From assembly GCF_964194155.1 (NCBI RefSeq), contig NC_135883.1, positions 34,286,001 to 34,350,000 on the forward strand: a DNA stretch of 64,000 nt, read 5' to 3'. A model generated the notes under the pieces. That model was not told the DNA's origin, made no database searches, and saw only the letters and a list, made by a program, of their open reading frames with translations. The stretch's first letter is position 1. Each line of letters starts with the position of its first letter. This stretch comes from Cetorhinus maximus. Taxonomy: Eukaryota. A program made the position numbers and the translations under genes. Below are positions 11,925 to 23,996 of this stretch, in pieces.

Positions 11925-12340
11925 ACATCGACCACACCCTGGTCTCCACCCACCCCACCATAACCAGCTCCCTCCTCGACCGTGGACACCTCTCTGACAC
12001 TGAAGCTGCAAGCCATCACCCTGCACCCTCCCTCAGTCACCTTTGACCTTCCCTTCACCACCCTTGACCCTCTCTCCACCACCCTAGCCCTGTCTTCTGT
12101 GACCCTCGAGCCACCCATCATCACCCTTGGTCAATTGTCAACCTATAGCTGCACCCATCACCATCAAGCTGCACCCTGGTACCCTGGAGCTGCCCCCACC
12201 CCCCTGTCACCTTTTGACTTGCCAGCCATCATCCACAACCCTCCCTCTGTCACCTTTAACCTGGCCTCATTATCCTCAACTCTCCTAACTTCACCAATGA
12301 CCTGCCCTCAATCACCTTTGCTTTCCCCTCTATCATGATT
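11925..12340. repeat. C-rich degenerate tandem/low-complexity tract, possibly the Harbinger subterminal region
   Basis: Recurrent tcacc(c/t)ttgacc-like units with strong C skew. Confidence 0.5.
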
Positions 12341-12577
12341 GAGCTACCTTCGGTAAAGACTGACCTTTTCTGCGTCATCCAGCTCCCTCCCTCTGTCCCC
12401 TAAGACCCTTCCAACCTCCCTCCCATGGGCATCCATGCCGAAACCTCCCTAGACAGCCACCATCAAGCTCAATGCAACATCTCAGCCTCCTCTCCCCTGA
12501 TCCAACAATGTTCCCCATACAAGAAGCTCTTACTCCCTCAGATTCACCAGTAAGACTACCTTGCCTGCTGCATGCCA

Positions 12578-14230
12578 CCCGGAGGAAACGGTTCCTACAG
12601 AATGGCGACAGGGGGTGAAGGGAAGATGTGTTTCGTGGTGGCATCATGCTGGAGTTGGCAGAAGTGACAGAGGATGATCCTTTGAATGCGGAGGCTGATG
12701 GGGTGAAAAGTGAAGACAAGGGGGACCTTATCATGGTTCTGGGAGAGAAAGGAAGATGTGAGGGCAGAGGCGCAAGAGATGGGTCAGACACGGTTGAGGG
12801 ACCTGTCAACCACAGAGGGTGGGAAACCTCGATTAAGGAAGAAGGAAGACATGTCAGAAACGCCGTTTTGGAAAGTGGCATCATAGGAACAGATGCGACG
12901 GAGGCGAAGGCACTGAGAGAATGGGATGGAGTCCTTACAGGAAGCAGCATGTGAGGAGCTGTCATGTCTTCCTTCTTCCTTAACCGAGGTTTCCCACCCA
13001 CTGTAGTTGACAGGGCCCTCAACCCTGTCCAACCTATCTGCCGCACCTCTGCCCTCACACCTTCCTCTCCCTCCCAGAACCATGATAGGATCCCCCTTGT
13101 CCTCACTTTTCACCCCACCAGCCTCCGCATTCAAAGGATCATCCTCCGCCAACTCCAGCATGATGCCACCACCAAACACATCATCCCTTCATCCCCCGGC
13201 CCCCTGTCGGCATTCTGTAGGGACTTTCCCCTTGCAACACTTGCCCCTTTACTTCCTCCCTCCTCACCATCCAAGGGCCCAAACACTCCTTTCAGGCGAA
13301 GCAGCACTTCAGTTGCACCTCCTTCAATTTGGTCTACTGCATTCGCTACTCCCAATGCAGTCTCCTCTACATTGGAGGGACCAAACGCAGACTGGGTGAC
13401 CGTTTTGTGGAATGCCTTAGGTCCGTCCACAAGCATGACCCAGACCTTCCTGCCGTTTGCCATTTCAACACCCCATCCTGCTCTCAAGCCCACATGTCTG
13501 TCCTTGGCCTGCTGCATTGTTCCAGTGAAGCCCAACGCAAACTGCAGGAACAGCAACTCATCTTCCGATTAGGCACTTTACAGCCTTCCAGACTTAACAT
13601 TGAGTTCAGCAACTTCAGACCATGAACTCTCTCCTCCATCCTCACCCCACTTTTTATCTCCTTTTTCAATATTCATTTTCATTTCTAAATTTTAATTTTT
13701 TAATTTTAATTTTTTATCCATTTATTTTTATTTTCATTGTTATTCATTGTTTTATCCCTACCTTTTATCCTATTTTCAATCTTTTTTCCCACCACCGTCC
13801 CTGCCCCCCACCCTACTCCCACAAGGGCCATGTGTCACTTGTTCATGTTGTTCCTTCCAGAGTACATACCTTTGTCCTGCTATTATCACATTCTGCATTC
13901 TGACCTTAATGCCACCATCAGCACCTCCTTTAGCCAGTACCACTATCATTGACACCCATTTGTCCTTTTGTCTATGACATCAATGGCAATGTCCCCTTTG
14001 CCTCCATATATCACTAGCCTTCTATCCAGCTTCACCTGCTCCACCCCTCCTTAAACAGTATAAATTTCATTACATTTTTACTTCTCTTTAGCTCGGAAGA
14101 AGAGTCATAAGGACTCGAAACGTTAACTCTGTTTATTTTTCTCTCCACAGATGCTGTTAGACCTGCTGAGTTTTTTCCACCATTTTCTGTTTTTGTTTCA
14201 GATTTCCAGCATCCACGGTATTTTACTTTC
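12578..14230 (+). mobile_element. Penelope-like element with inverted 5' segment, GIY-YIG endonuclease remnant and terminal hammerhead-like motif (14090-14128)
   Basis: ORF 13329-13625 VYCIRYSQCSLLYIGGTKRRLGDRFVECL...QLIFRLGTLQPSRLNIEF is a Penelope GIY-YIG domain; 12578-12962 is in the opposite orientation; terminus matches 18872-19010. Confidence 0.92.
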
Positions 14231-14309
14231 AGATACCTAAAAACTGATATTGATTGCACTTCTGTACAACTTGGGATGTCAGCGGCCATTGATAGTGAGT
14301 CTTTTTTTT

Positions 14310-15960
14310 TTATTCCTTTGCAGCTTTGAACATGGTCGTCCACACCTTCCTTCTGGCTTGCTTTTCCTCCATTGTCCAGTTCAGTGATACTACCCTCGTC
14401 CGGTTCTATTCTTACCTATCCATTGTCAGAGGACCTTCAGGAATGGCTTCTTTCTCGTCCTTGTATTGTTAACTCTGATTCCCCAAGCATTTTCCTTTGG
14501 TTCCCTTTTCTTCTTCATCTACATGTTGCCCCTTGGTGACATCGTCTGTAGATGTGGAGTCAGTTTTCCCATGTATGCTGATGACATCCAACCCTAATTG
14601 TTTACCATCTCTCTTGACTCCTCCATTGCCTCTGTGCTATTAGACTGCTTCTGTAACCTCCAATGTGAGATATGTCATAATTCATACGAACATAAGAATT
14701 AGTAGCAAGGGTAAGCCACTCGGCCCCTCGAGCCTGCTCCGCGACTCAATAAGATTATGGCTGATCTGATTGTAACCTCACTTTCACATTCCTGCCAACC
14801 CCCAATAACCTTTCAACCCCTTAATTTCCCTGCGATTAAACTTTTAGAAGACCAAAGCCTATGATTTTTTGCCTTTGATTACATCTCCCTCCCAAGTTAC
14901 TGTTTCAAGCTGAACCAGATTTTTGCAGCTTTGGCATGGTAGTCAACCCAAGCCAATCCGTGTAGTGAAAGTACTCCCACAGTGGAGTTAGGTAGGCAGT
15001 TCCAAGATTTTGACTCCGTGACGATGAAGGAATGATGGTGTACTTGCAAGTCAGAATGGTGTGTAACCATGAGGAAAACCTGGAGATAAAGGTGTTTTTG
15101 TCTACCTGCTACCCTTGTCCTTCTAGTTGGTAGAGATCACAGGTTTGTGACATTCTGTCAGAGAAGCTTTGGCAATTTGCTGTCTATTTCTACTTCCATA
15201 ACATTGCCTGACCCAAACCACACATCTGCTGTTGAAACTCTCAGCCATGCCCTTATCACTTCTAGGCTTGACTACTTTTTAAAATAAAATACTGCAGATA
15301 CTGGAAATCTGAAATAAAAACAGAAAATGCTGGAAAAACTCAGCAGGCCTCAGCATCTGTGGAGAGAGAAACAGAGTTAACATTTCGAGTATGTATGACT
15401 CTTCAGAGCTCTGAAAATGAGTCATACAGACTCAAAACGTTGAGTCTCTTTCTCTCTCCACAGATGCTGTCAGACCTGCTGAGTTTTTCCAGCGTTTTTT
15501 TGTTTTTATTCCAATGTTCTCCGGGACAGCCTGCCTTCCTCCATAAATTTCAGCTTATCCAAAACTTTGTTCTCCATAGCCTATCCAGTGCTAAATCCCA
15601 CAAACCCTTTTACTCCAACCTGCATTGGCTTTTAATGGTCTCTTAATGCCTCACGTTTAAAATTCTTATTTTTATGTTCAAATCACCTCATAACCTTGTT
15701 GCTCCTTATTTCAGTAACATTCTCCAGCCCTACAAACTCCATCCAAACTGTCTGTAACTATAATTCCAGTCTCTTGTACAACACTACCCCCCCACTTTCA
15801 CCTCACTATTGGCAGCCCTGCTTTCAGCTGTTAAGACCCTATGCTTTGGAAATCCCTCCCTTAACCTCTCTGCTTCTATCCCTCCCTCCTGTCCTTTAAG
15901 ATTGTATTTAAACCCCATCTCTTTGACCAAGCTGGTGGTCTCCCTTGTAATAGCTTCTTC
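14310..15960 (+). mobile_element. Old L2-clade LINE RT/3' remnant interrupted by CR1, LINE-tail and Penelope insertions
   Basis: IYMLPLGDIV...GVSFPMYADDIQ, HALITSRLDY and LHWL motifs typical of L2 RT. Confidence 0.75.
15280..15512. repeat. Inverted duplication of the Penelope terminus with two degenerate hammerheads, centred on agagctct (15405-15412)
   Basis: Left arm tgctggaaaaactcagcagg...gagttaacatttcgagt...gactcttcag mirrors right arm ctgaaaatgagtcatacagactcaaaacgtt...cctgctgagtttttccagc. Confidence 0.85.
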
Positions 15961-16849
15961 TTTGCTCAGCATCATATTTTTGATTAGGCTTCAGGAGGTA
16001 TTTTGGAACATTCGCATAATACAGACGCCGTATAGATCAAGCTGTTGTTTGCGAAATTTTCCATGTTTTGTAGGTTGACCTGTAATGATGATGGGGGTTG
16101 ATGGATAAATATTGCACGCACAGACATTTTGAATTAAAGCTTGAGTCATTTTGTAGTATCCTACGAGTTGCTGTACAAATAGGCTATAAGTGATCCTTTA
16201 TTATGAGCACAGTAACAATTTCTACCAGGGCCACAATCAGCGAAATGTGGCATTCTCCATTGTCATAAAGAGGGGTGGACTTTCCAGGAAATGAGTCACT
16301 CTTCAACTGAGTGGTTTAATTTTAAATGATTACTTTCCAGTTGGCTTTCATTGACTTGATCCCAACTGCCTTGATTCAAAGCCGCGCACAAATTTGTCCC
16401 GCTCAGCCGTTACTGCCTAAATTTAGACTAATTTAAAGTAACTACAGCAGCAGCAGAAGAAGTACAACAGGGTAGGGTGGGTGACTGTTGGTCAGTGCAA
16501 GTATAGGTGATTAACACTGGATGATGTCACTATGTGTGCCTAAATCTGGGCACAGACCGATGTGAAAACAACCAAACGGGTGCAAACAGTGGAAAGTCCT
16601 GAGATGTGGCCAACTGTGTAGATGGTTGGGGTGGGAGGGGCTGCTTTGTGTGAATGGGCTTTGAACCAGCGTAAAATATTTTGGATACACTGTCCTGGGG
16701 GCGACCTAGAAAACTGAAATAAAAGCAGAAAATGTTGGTAATCCTCAGCAGCTTTGGCATCATCGGATACAACTGAATTACGTTTAAAATTCCACAATCT
16801 TTAAAACTATTAGATTCGATTGCACCCCAGGTCACGCTGATACCAGGCA

Positions 16850-17186
16850 GTTATCGCAGGCAACCCAAGTTTATGAGCGCAAAGCCGAAGTGGAGAGAGA
16901 AAAAAAAACAAGCGCTGCGTTTCCTCCTCCACGCCTCCGGGTGTCACTATGGGACGGGATGGGTCTCAAGTCTGGAAGCGTCGGTTGAAAAACAAATGGG
17001 AGCTTACTGGGCGGGGAAGGTGTCTGACGTCATCTGATTGGCATTGTCCATACAGCAACAGGTGGGTCCCATTGACCTGCACCCCCCACCCCCCCCCCCT
17101 TCCTCTTCTCGGTTAGACGCGTTCCTCCCCCCAGCCAATCAGGAGGCGCGGTCTCAACAAACGGTTGGGGCCTGGATCGTTAGCGG
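16850..17186 (+). promoter_or_regulatory. RNASEH1 CpG-island promoter: GC box (17009-17016), full CRE TGACGTCA (17025-17032), CCAAT boxes (reverse at about 17034-17042; forward at about 17133-17142)
   Basis: Motifs read directly; TATA-less CpG-rich region directly upstream of the first ATG. Confidence 0.75.
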
Positions 17187-17284
17187 ATGTGGAGGTTGAG
17201 CGGGCTGATTATGACTCTCGGCATGAAGAAAAGGTTTTATTATGCGGTGAGGGCTGGCAGGAAGCCCGGAGTGTACGCAAACTG
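17187..17284 (+). CDS. RNASEH1: Ribonuclease H1 exon 1 (leader plus start of hybrid-binding domain)
   Basis: MWRLSGLIMTLGMKKRFYYAVRAGRKPGVYANW (compare human FYAVRRGRKTGVFLTW); in-frame upstream stop at 17181; donor gtgagt. Confidence 0.93.
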
Positions 17285-17499
17285 GTGAGTGAAGGTCTGC
17301 CTGCCTGTTGGACCCTTGGTCCTGAGCTGTCCTTCCGCCGGGGATTACGGGGGTCACAGAAGGAGACCATTCGGCCCTGAAAACCCCTCCAGCCTGATCC
17401 CACTTTGCAGCTCGGGGTCCCTCGCCCCTCGATGGCTCTCAAACCCTTTTCGCCCGTAAGGTGCTGCACGTAAGGCGGTTAAAAGATCCCCCCCGCCCC

Positions 17500-17930
17500 C
17501 CTGCCGGTCCCAATGCCACCAGCTTTCACTTGCCACTGCAAAATGACTTCATTAGAGTTAGTGGGGAGGATGGCGCTGCTTTCGCTGAGACTCCAGTGAG
17601 AAACTGGAGGGCTTCAGTCTCAGGTTCGGGTTCCACGCTCAACCAGTTTCTCTCTGTTTTTGTTTTCAGCCCCACAAGTGTTGAACATCTGATTTTGCAG
17701 CTTGTTGTTGTTGTTGTTGTTGTAGGCCGCTTCAGAGCTACTTTGGCCAGTTCAGGGTACTTGGTCTGTACGTGGAGCCAAAAGTTTGGCGAAGTTTTCT
17801 TGCTGAATGCCAGCTTCAGTGACTTGGGTTTTGACCCAGCCCAGGGATCAGCTGGAGGACGCCCCCCCCCCCCCCATATCACCTCTTATGGACCAATAGT
17901 GTTCTAGGGTCCAATCTTTGAGAACCGCTG
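17500..17930 (-). mobile_element. hAT (Charlie-like) DNA transposon remnant with C-terminal dimerisation domain
   Basis: FWLHVQTKYPELAKVALK...STLVGLKTK-RNWLSVEP; terminal CAGCGGTTCTCAAA (17917-17930, minus) is a Charlie-type TIR; other end not found. Confidence 0.75.
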
Positions 17931-18871
17931 GTTTCTAGCGCTTTCAGTGTATATCCAAGTGTTTTTTTTAAATATGAAGGTTTCTCTCTACCACCCTTTC
18001 AGTGAGTTCCAGACCTCCTCCACCCGCTGGGTGAAAAAAATACTCAACGCTCCTCTAATCCTTCTGCCAATTACTTTAAATCTATGCCCTGTGGTTATTG
18101 ATCTCTTTGCTAAGGGAAATAGGTCTTTCCTATCCACTCTATCTAGTAGGCCCCTCATAAGTTAAATCCCCTATCAGCTTCCTCTGTTCCCAAGAAAACA
18201 ACCTCCGCTTTATCCAGTCTTCATAGCTAAAATTCTCCATTCCTGCAATGCCCTTATATATCTCCTCTGTACCCTGTCCCACGAGTCTCCACTGAGTTGA
18301 CCTCTGCCCCTCGATTATAGATTGATTCCTGGTTGCTTTGTTTTCATTGGCTGTCATTTAATGCCCGTTCAAATTGTGCTAGATACATGACTGACTTGTA
18401 TGGCTACAGTATTGTGTGTCAACCCTGTAATAGTGGCAGCCTGAATACTTACTAAAGACATTAGTGAACCCAGTTGGATTTTAACAAAAATCTGGCAGCT
18501 TCATGGTTACAATTCATACAGGCTTTGTATTTCAGGTTCTCGAATTGTCATAGTAGGATTTGAACTTGAATTCTCTGGATTATTAGTCAAAACCAATGCA
18601 AACCAACCCTGTCATGGCCATACAGCCATTTATGCTGGAAATTTTTGTGATATCAGGTGAGAAGAGCGATTGGCTCTGCTCGAGTCCCTGCTGTACATCA
18701 GTTTAATGACTACTGCATGTAAAATGGCCTCTTGGATGAAGTTATGGAGGGCATCTGAGGAAAGAGTCACCAGCATTATTTGGTTTCTTTGGGAGACGGG
18801 AAGACTTTTTTTTAAAGAGGCTTAATATTGTTGCTCGTCAATGTTTTTAACATGAGTTTGCAATACATATA

Positions 18872-20518
18872 GATAAAAGCAAAATACTGCAGATGCTGGA
18901 AATCTGAAACAAAAATAAAAATAGCTGGAAAAACTCAGCAGGTCTGACAGTATCTGCAGAGAGGAATACAGTTAACGTTTCAAGTCCGTATGACTCTTCA
19001 TCAGAACTAAGGAAAAACAGAAATGAGGTGAAATATAAGCTGGTTAAGGGAGGTGGGACAGGTCGAGCTGGATAGAGGGCCAGTGATAGGTGGAGGCAAA
19101 GAAGAGATTGCCAAAGATGTCATAGACAAAAGGACAAAGGGGTGTTGACGATGGTGATATTAGCTAAGGAATGTGCTAACGGATATATTAAGGGTAGAAA
19201 GCAGGATGAGCAAGTGACAGCCCGGGTGGGTGGGGGGAAGGGATCGAAATAGGCTAAAAGGTGGAGATGAAACAATGGATGGAAATACATTTTAAAATAA
19301 TGGAAATGGGTGGGAAAATAAAAATATTAAAAAAGATAAATTAATGGAAAAAGTGGGATCGGAAAGGTGGTGGGGATGGAGGAGAGTGTTCATGATCTGA
19401 AGTTGTTGAACTCAACGTTAAGTCCGGCAGGCTGTAAAGTGCCTAGTCGGAAGATGAGGTGCTGTTCCTCCAGTTTGCGTTGAGCTTCACTGGAACGTTG
19501 CTGCAGGTCAAGGACGGACATGTGGGCAAGAGAGCAGGGTGGTGTGTTGAAATGGCAAGCGACAGGGAGGTCTGGGTCATGCTTGTGGACAGGCCAAAGG
19601 TGTTCTGCAAAGCGGTCACCCAGTTTGCGTTTGATCTCTCCAACGTAGAGGAAACTGTATTGGGAGCAGCGAATGCAGTAGACTAAATTGAGGGAAGTGC
19701 AAGTGAAATGCTGCTTCACTTGAAAGGAGTGTTTGGGCCCTTGGACGGTGAGGAGGGGGTAGGTAAAGGGGCAGGTGTTGCACCTTCTGCAGTTGCATGG
19801 GAAGGTGCTGTGGGAGGGGGTTGAGGTGTAGGGGGTGATGGAGGAGTGGACCAGGGTGACCCGGAGGGAATGATCCCTGCGGAATGCCGCCGGAGGGGTG
19901 AGGGAAGATGTGTTTGATGGTAGCATCATGCTGGAGTTGGCGGAAATGGCGGAGGATGATCCTTTGAATACGGAGGCTGGCGGGGCGATAAGTGAAGACA
20001 AGGGGGACCCTATCATGGCTCTGAGGGAGAGGAAGGTGTGAGGGCGGATGCGCGGGAGATGGGCCGGACACAGTTGAGGGCCCTGTCAACCACCGTGGGT
20101 GGAAAACCTCGGTTAAGGAAGAAGGAAGACATGTCAGAGGAACTGTTTTTGAAAGTGGCATCATCTGAACAGATGCGACGGAGGTGAAGGGACTGACAGA
20201 ATGGGATGGAGTCCTTACAGGAAGCGGGGTGTGAGGAGCTGTAGTTAAGGTAGCTGTGGGAGTCGGTAGGCTTTTAATGAATGTTGGTGGACAGTCTATC
20301 ACCAGAAATTGAGACAGAGAGGTCAAGGAAGGGAAGGGGAGTGTCAGTGATGGACCATGTGAAAATGATGGAGGGGTGGAAATTGGAAGCAAAATTAATA
20401 AATTTTTCCAGGTCCAGACGAGAGCATGAAGCGGCACCGAAACAGTCATCGATGTACCGGAGAAAGAGTTGTGGAAGGGGGCCTAAGCAGGACTGGAACA
20501 AGGAATGTTCCACATATT
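18872..20518 (-). mobile_element. Penelope-like retroelement, 5'-truncated (RT C-terminal part, GIY-YIG, terminal repeat) with 15-bp TSD
   Basis: LFLRYIDDCFG and LPFLDLSV RT motifs; VYCIRCSQYSFLYVGEIKRKLGDRFAEH GIY-YIG; direct repeat tttgcaatacatata at 18857-18871 and 20519-20533. Confidence 0.95.
18970..19008 (-). ncRNA. Minimal type I hammerhead ribozyme motif (Penelope-associated)
   Basis: AGTT-CTGATGA-A-GAGTC-ATACG-GACTT-GAAAC-GTT-AACT: stem I AGTT/AACT, intact CUGAUGA and GAAA core, 5-bp stem II, palindromic ACGT in place of helix III. Confidence 0.78.
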
Positions 20519-20559
20519 TTTGCAATACATATACTTGGTTACTATCACCATCAGCTGTC

Positions 20560-21630
20560 CCTCGATTTGAGGGTGATGCCTTCTCAAGATTACAAGTTTC
20601 CGTTATGGGTCTTTATGTGGCTGAACAGACTGATTCTTGATCCAGAGATCTTTGGCCACATGGGCCAAGATGTTCCATGAGGTAGTGGGATCTGAAGTGC
20701 AGGATTTGCTTTTTCTCTCCTCCCTTGCTGCCATTCTGCCTCATCATTAAGACATTGTAACTCAAAACATGATGCAGCTTGATGGACAAGTTGTCCCAAT
20801 TTTAAATGATAGGTAGTAGCAAGCTCCTCCCAGTCATTAATGTCAATGTTGTCATGCTTCAAGGAGAGCTTCAGAATGTCTTTGAAGCGTTTTCTTTGTC
20901 TTCCCTGGGATGTTGGCCATTTGACAATTGTAAAAAACAAGTTGGGGAGCGAGATGCTTTTCGGCATCAGACACAGTGTCCAGTCCGTCAAAGTTGATTT
21001 TGTGGGAGTTTTGCTTGAATGCTTTTGGAGGTGGCTTCAAGAAGAACACTAACGTTCGTTCAGTCCTTGCATTGAATCCAGATGATGTGGTGGAGGCATT
21101 GCTGATGGAATTTCTCTAGAGCTCTTGGGTGTTGCTGATAGTGTCTGGGTCTCACTACAGTACAGGAGTGTGGTGACAACAACTCAACTTTTGTTGACTT
21201 GTGGAGCTCTTTTTTGTCAAACACTCGCTGCTGTAGTTTGTGGAAGGCTGAGCCAGCACAGCTGATCTGCTGTTGGATCTCCTCGTCAATGGTGGCTGCT
21301 AAGGTATGGAAAGTGCTCTACATATTCCAGAGTGTCCCCTTCAACATATTTAAGAGGTGAAATATTTAGCTGACCAGGTCTAGGGTTGGTTGATTGTTTT
21401 GTTTTAGCAACATTCAAGGACAGATTGAGTTTCTTGTGTGCAGAATTGAAGAGATCAAGGGTGGCTTACAGGTCTGGTGCAGAGTGGGCAACAACGCTGC
21501 AGTCATCTGCAAACTAGATCATTTATGTCTATGGTGGTCAGTTTAGTTTGGCACGGAGGCGATTGAGGTTAGAATTTTCCATCTTGGTGGTGTTTAATAC
21601 TCTCTTCAGAGGACGGTTGATCTTTGAGAC
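20560..21630 (-). mobile_element. RTE-clade LINE 3' fragment
   Basis: QGRQRKRFKDILKLSLK...WEELA...SRISLFSHIKTH C-terminus; FADDCSVVAHS motif near 21500. Confidence 0.85.
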
Positions 21631-21702
21631 GAATAGCCACTGTCTGGCTATTCATCAGACAGTGGCTATTTAAGTGTGGTCTTCAGATGGGATGGGTTAG
21701 AA

Positions 21703-22402
21703 CAGGGTGGGGAACCCCTGGTCCGTTGCAATTTTTCAACTAGCCATTAGGGAGATTTCAAAATCCAGCTCCCCGCCCCACCCAACCACCACCACCGTAT
21801 GCTGCACTCTGGGCTAGCAACCGCCATGTTCTGTTGCCTGAGTGTTGGACGCAGTCACCAGAGGCCCAGGCTGTGGGGAGAGTGAGGCCAGAGACCCAGG
21901 AGCGCAGGGGAGGGACAGGAAACTGCCGGCTGCCAATCGGGTGGTGGTGTGAGTAACCTAGGGCGAGGGTGGCTCATCTCATCTCTCTTTCCCCCCCCAA
22001 GCTCATTGATGCCGCTGCAGACTGAGGAAGAGGTGCAGGCCCAGATGCAGCCTCGGATCAGTTGGCCAGAGCCTTGGGTCGCCCTGGGGGTGAGAGTGGC
22101 AAGGAGATGGATGGACGGAGAGAGAGAGAGAGAGACACATGGCCTAAGTGGGAAAGAAGGGAGAGAGAGAAAGAATGAGAAAGGAAATCGAGCAAAATGT
22201 TAAGCTGAATTTCAGGAGTGCGTGATTGAGACACAAGCTGCCCTGCTCATTAAGGAAAAACAAGCTTAGCCATCGCAATAAGCAGTGCATGAGTTGAACA
22301 TTTCTGTATTCTCTCTTTGAAAAAAAAATAATTTGGTTTTTGTGTGTGTGTGACTGATTTTGGCTGAGTGGCCCTTGATAAGGTAAAGGTTCCTCACCCC
22401 TG
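21703..22402. mobile_element. Non-autonomous hAT element (MITE)
   Basis: TIRs CAGGGTGGGGAACC / GGTTCCTCACCCCTG; 8-bp TSD ggttagaa / ggttcgaa (7 of 8 match). Confidence 0.82.
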
Positions 22403-22466
22403 GGTTCGAAGATGGAAGACAGTTTGACGAAGTGTGCAGATATAATTCAATCTTTGTTTAACATTT

Positions 22467-23490
22467 TGTTACGATCCCCTCAGACCAATAACTTTTAAAA
22501 AGAAATTCCAACTCCTGGTTAAAAGCTCAAGGATGTCACAAGATTTCATGTTTTAAGGCTTTTACTGTAATAAACTTATTGGGTTTTATCAAAATAGCAT
22601 AAAAGCAAACTAGGAGCAACATGAAATAATCAAAATTCGTGTAGGCAATTTATACTTTAAGCTACCAAGCAGAACTTTCCCCTTTTACTTTTAACACAAC
22701 CAAAATCACCACTTGACAATTTATACTTTACACTGTCCGTTGGGTAGAGATTTAATTCTCCCAAACCCAGTCCAAATGATGCTTGCTTGTGAGAGTTTAC
22801 TTCCGTCCTTTTCCTTTCCCAACCTGGTAACTTTTTAACCCCAGAATTTGTTACACAGAGGGTTTTCGTTGGCGTTTCTTCCTCGAGTTCAAATTAGGTG
22901 AATTTTCTAACCTTGTAGCAAACTTGTCTTTTCAATCCAATCACACACACTCACCTGCATTCCTGTGTGGTGAATCATAAAGACTTTGTGTCTCTAGCTG
23001 TTTTTTCTCTCTTTCTCTCGCCCGGATCCTGTCAGACTGGCTTGTTTGATGGTTTCAGTAATATTTTAGAAAACAATTGAAAGATAGAGTTGCAGGCTTT
23101 CCTAAGGTTCTTATTCCCACCCCCCTGCCTCAAAACATAAATCATATGGGCTTTGTATCCAAGTAGTAATGCTAATTGGCTGTTGTCTAGACCTCAACTT
23201 TATTCTATCTTGGAAGTAAATGGACAGTTTAAAGTATAACTGCTTACAATCTGACACACTCAACTTCCTGGGACTTTGGAGACTAGTAGTCTAACCACTG
23301 TAAACATGGATATTGCTGCCATTGTCTCCCAGTGTGAAAACCTTACATGTTCTTTCCAGCGAAATCTCTTAACAGCCACATCACCCAGGCCTGTTGTCAG
23401 GCACACTGCAGAACAGGTCACATGACCCTTCATTTTACCCCAAATTAAAGAGAGTCCCAAAACACTCTTTCAAATCTCATACTTATAACA
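22467..23490. mobile_element. Solo LTR, 1024 bp
   Basis: TGTTAC...ATAACA termini with 4-bp TSD ATTT on both sides; internal blocks shared with 30425-31173. Confidence 0.8.
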
Positions 23491-23996
23491 ATTTCCACTT
23501 GCCATGCTGCAATTACATCCTCCTGTCACTGGCTGCAGTGTAGCACCTACCCTCTCAGGATTGTGTAATTACTGCATATAAAGTTTACATAGGCAATTTC
23601 CATTATACAGGTGGCCATAAAATTAGCAAAGGCAGGAAAAAGGTTGACAGTGTGTGCAGAAGTGAATACATTTTTCAGTCTATTAGGACATTTATTTTAT
23701 ATAAATTTATATTTATATACATTATATTTCAGCATATTGTATATGGGTGTAGTTTGTGGATTGTAGTGTAAAATCTGAGCTATAAGGAAGAAGGTCCATC
23801 GTAACTTTGATGTGGGTTGATATTCAAAATCCCAGAGGTGAGTGGATTGCTTTCTAATCCACTGCATTATCCAGCCCAGTGTGTTTTTATTGTTGCCTTA
23901 GTTTTATGCCAGATTTTTAACCATCAATTAATTTTATAAAACAACAGTAAAGAATTGGGACATTGTTTCTCTCATGGTGCACTTTTTCCCTCTTAG

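Noticed and set aside
12375-13572. Long ORFs of 243 and 202 aa
   Set aside because: Off-frame or antisense readings of the Penelope inversion, not host genes
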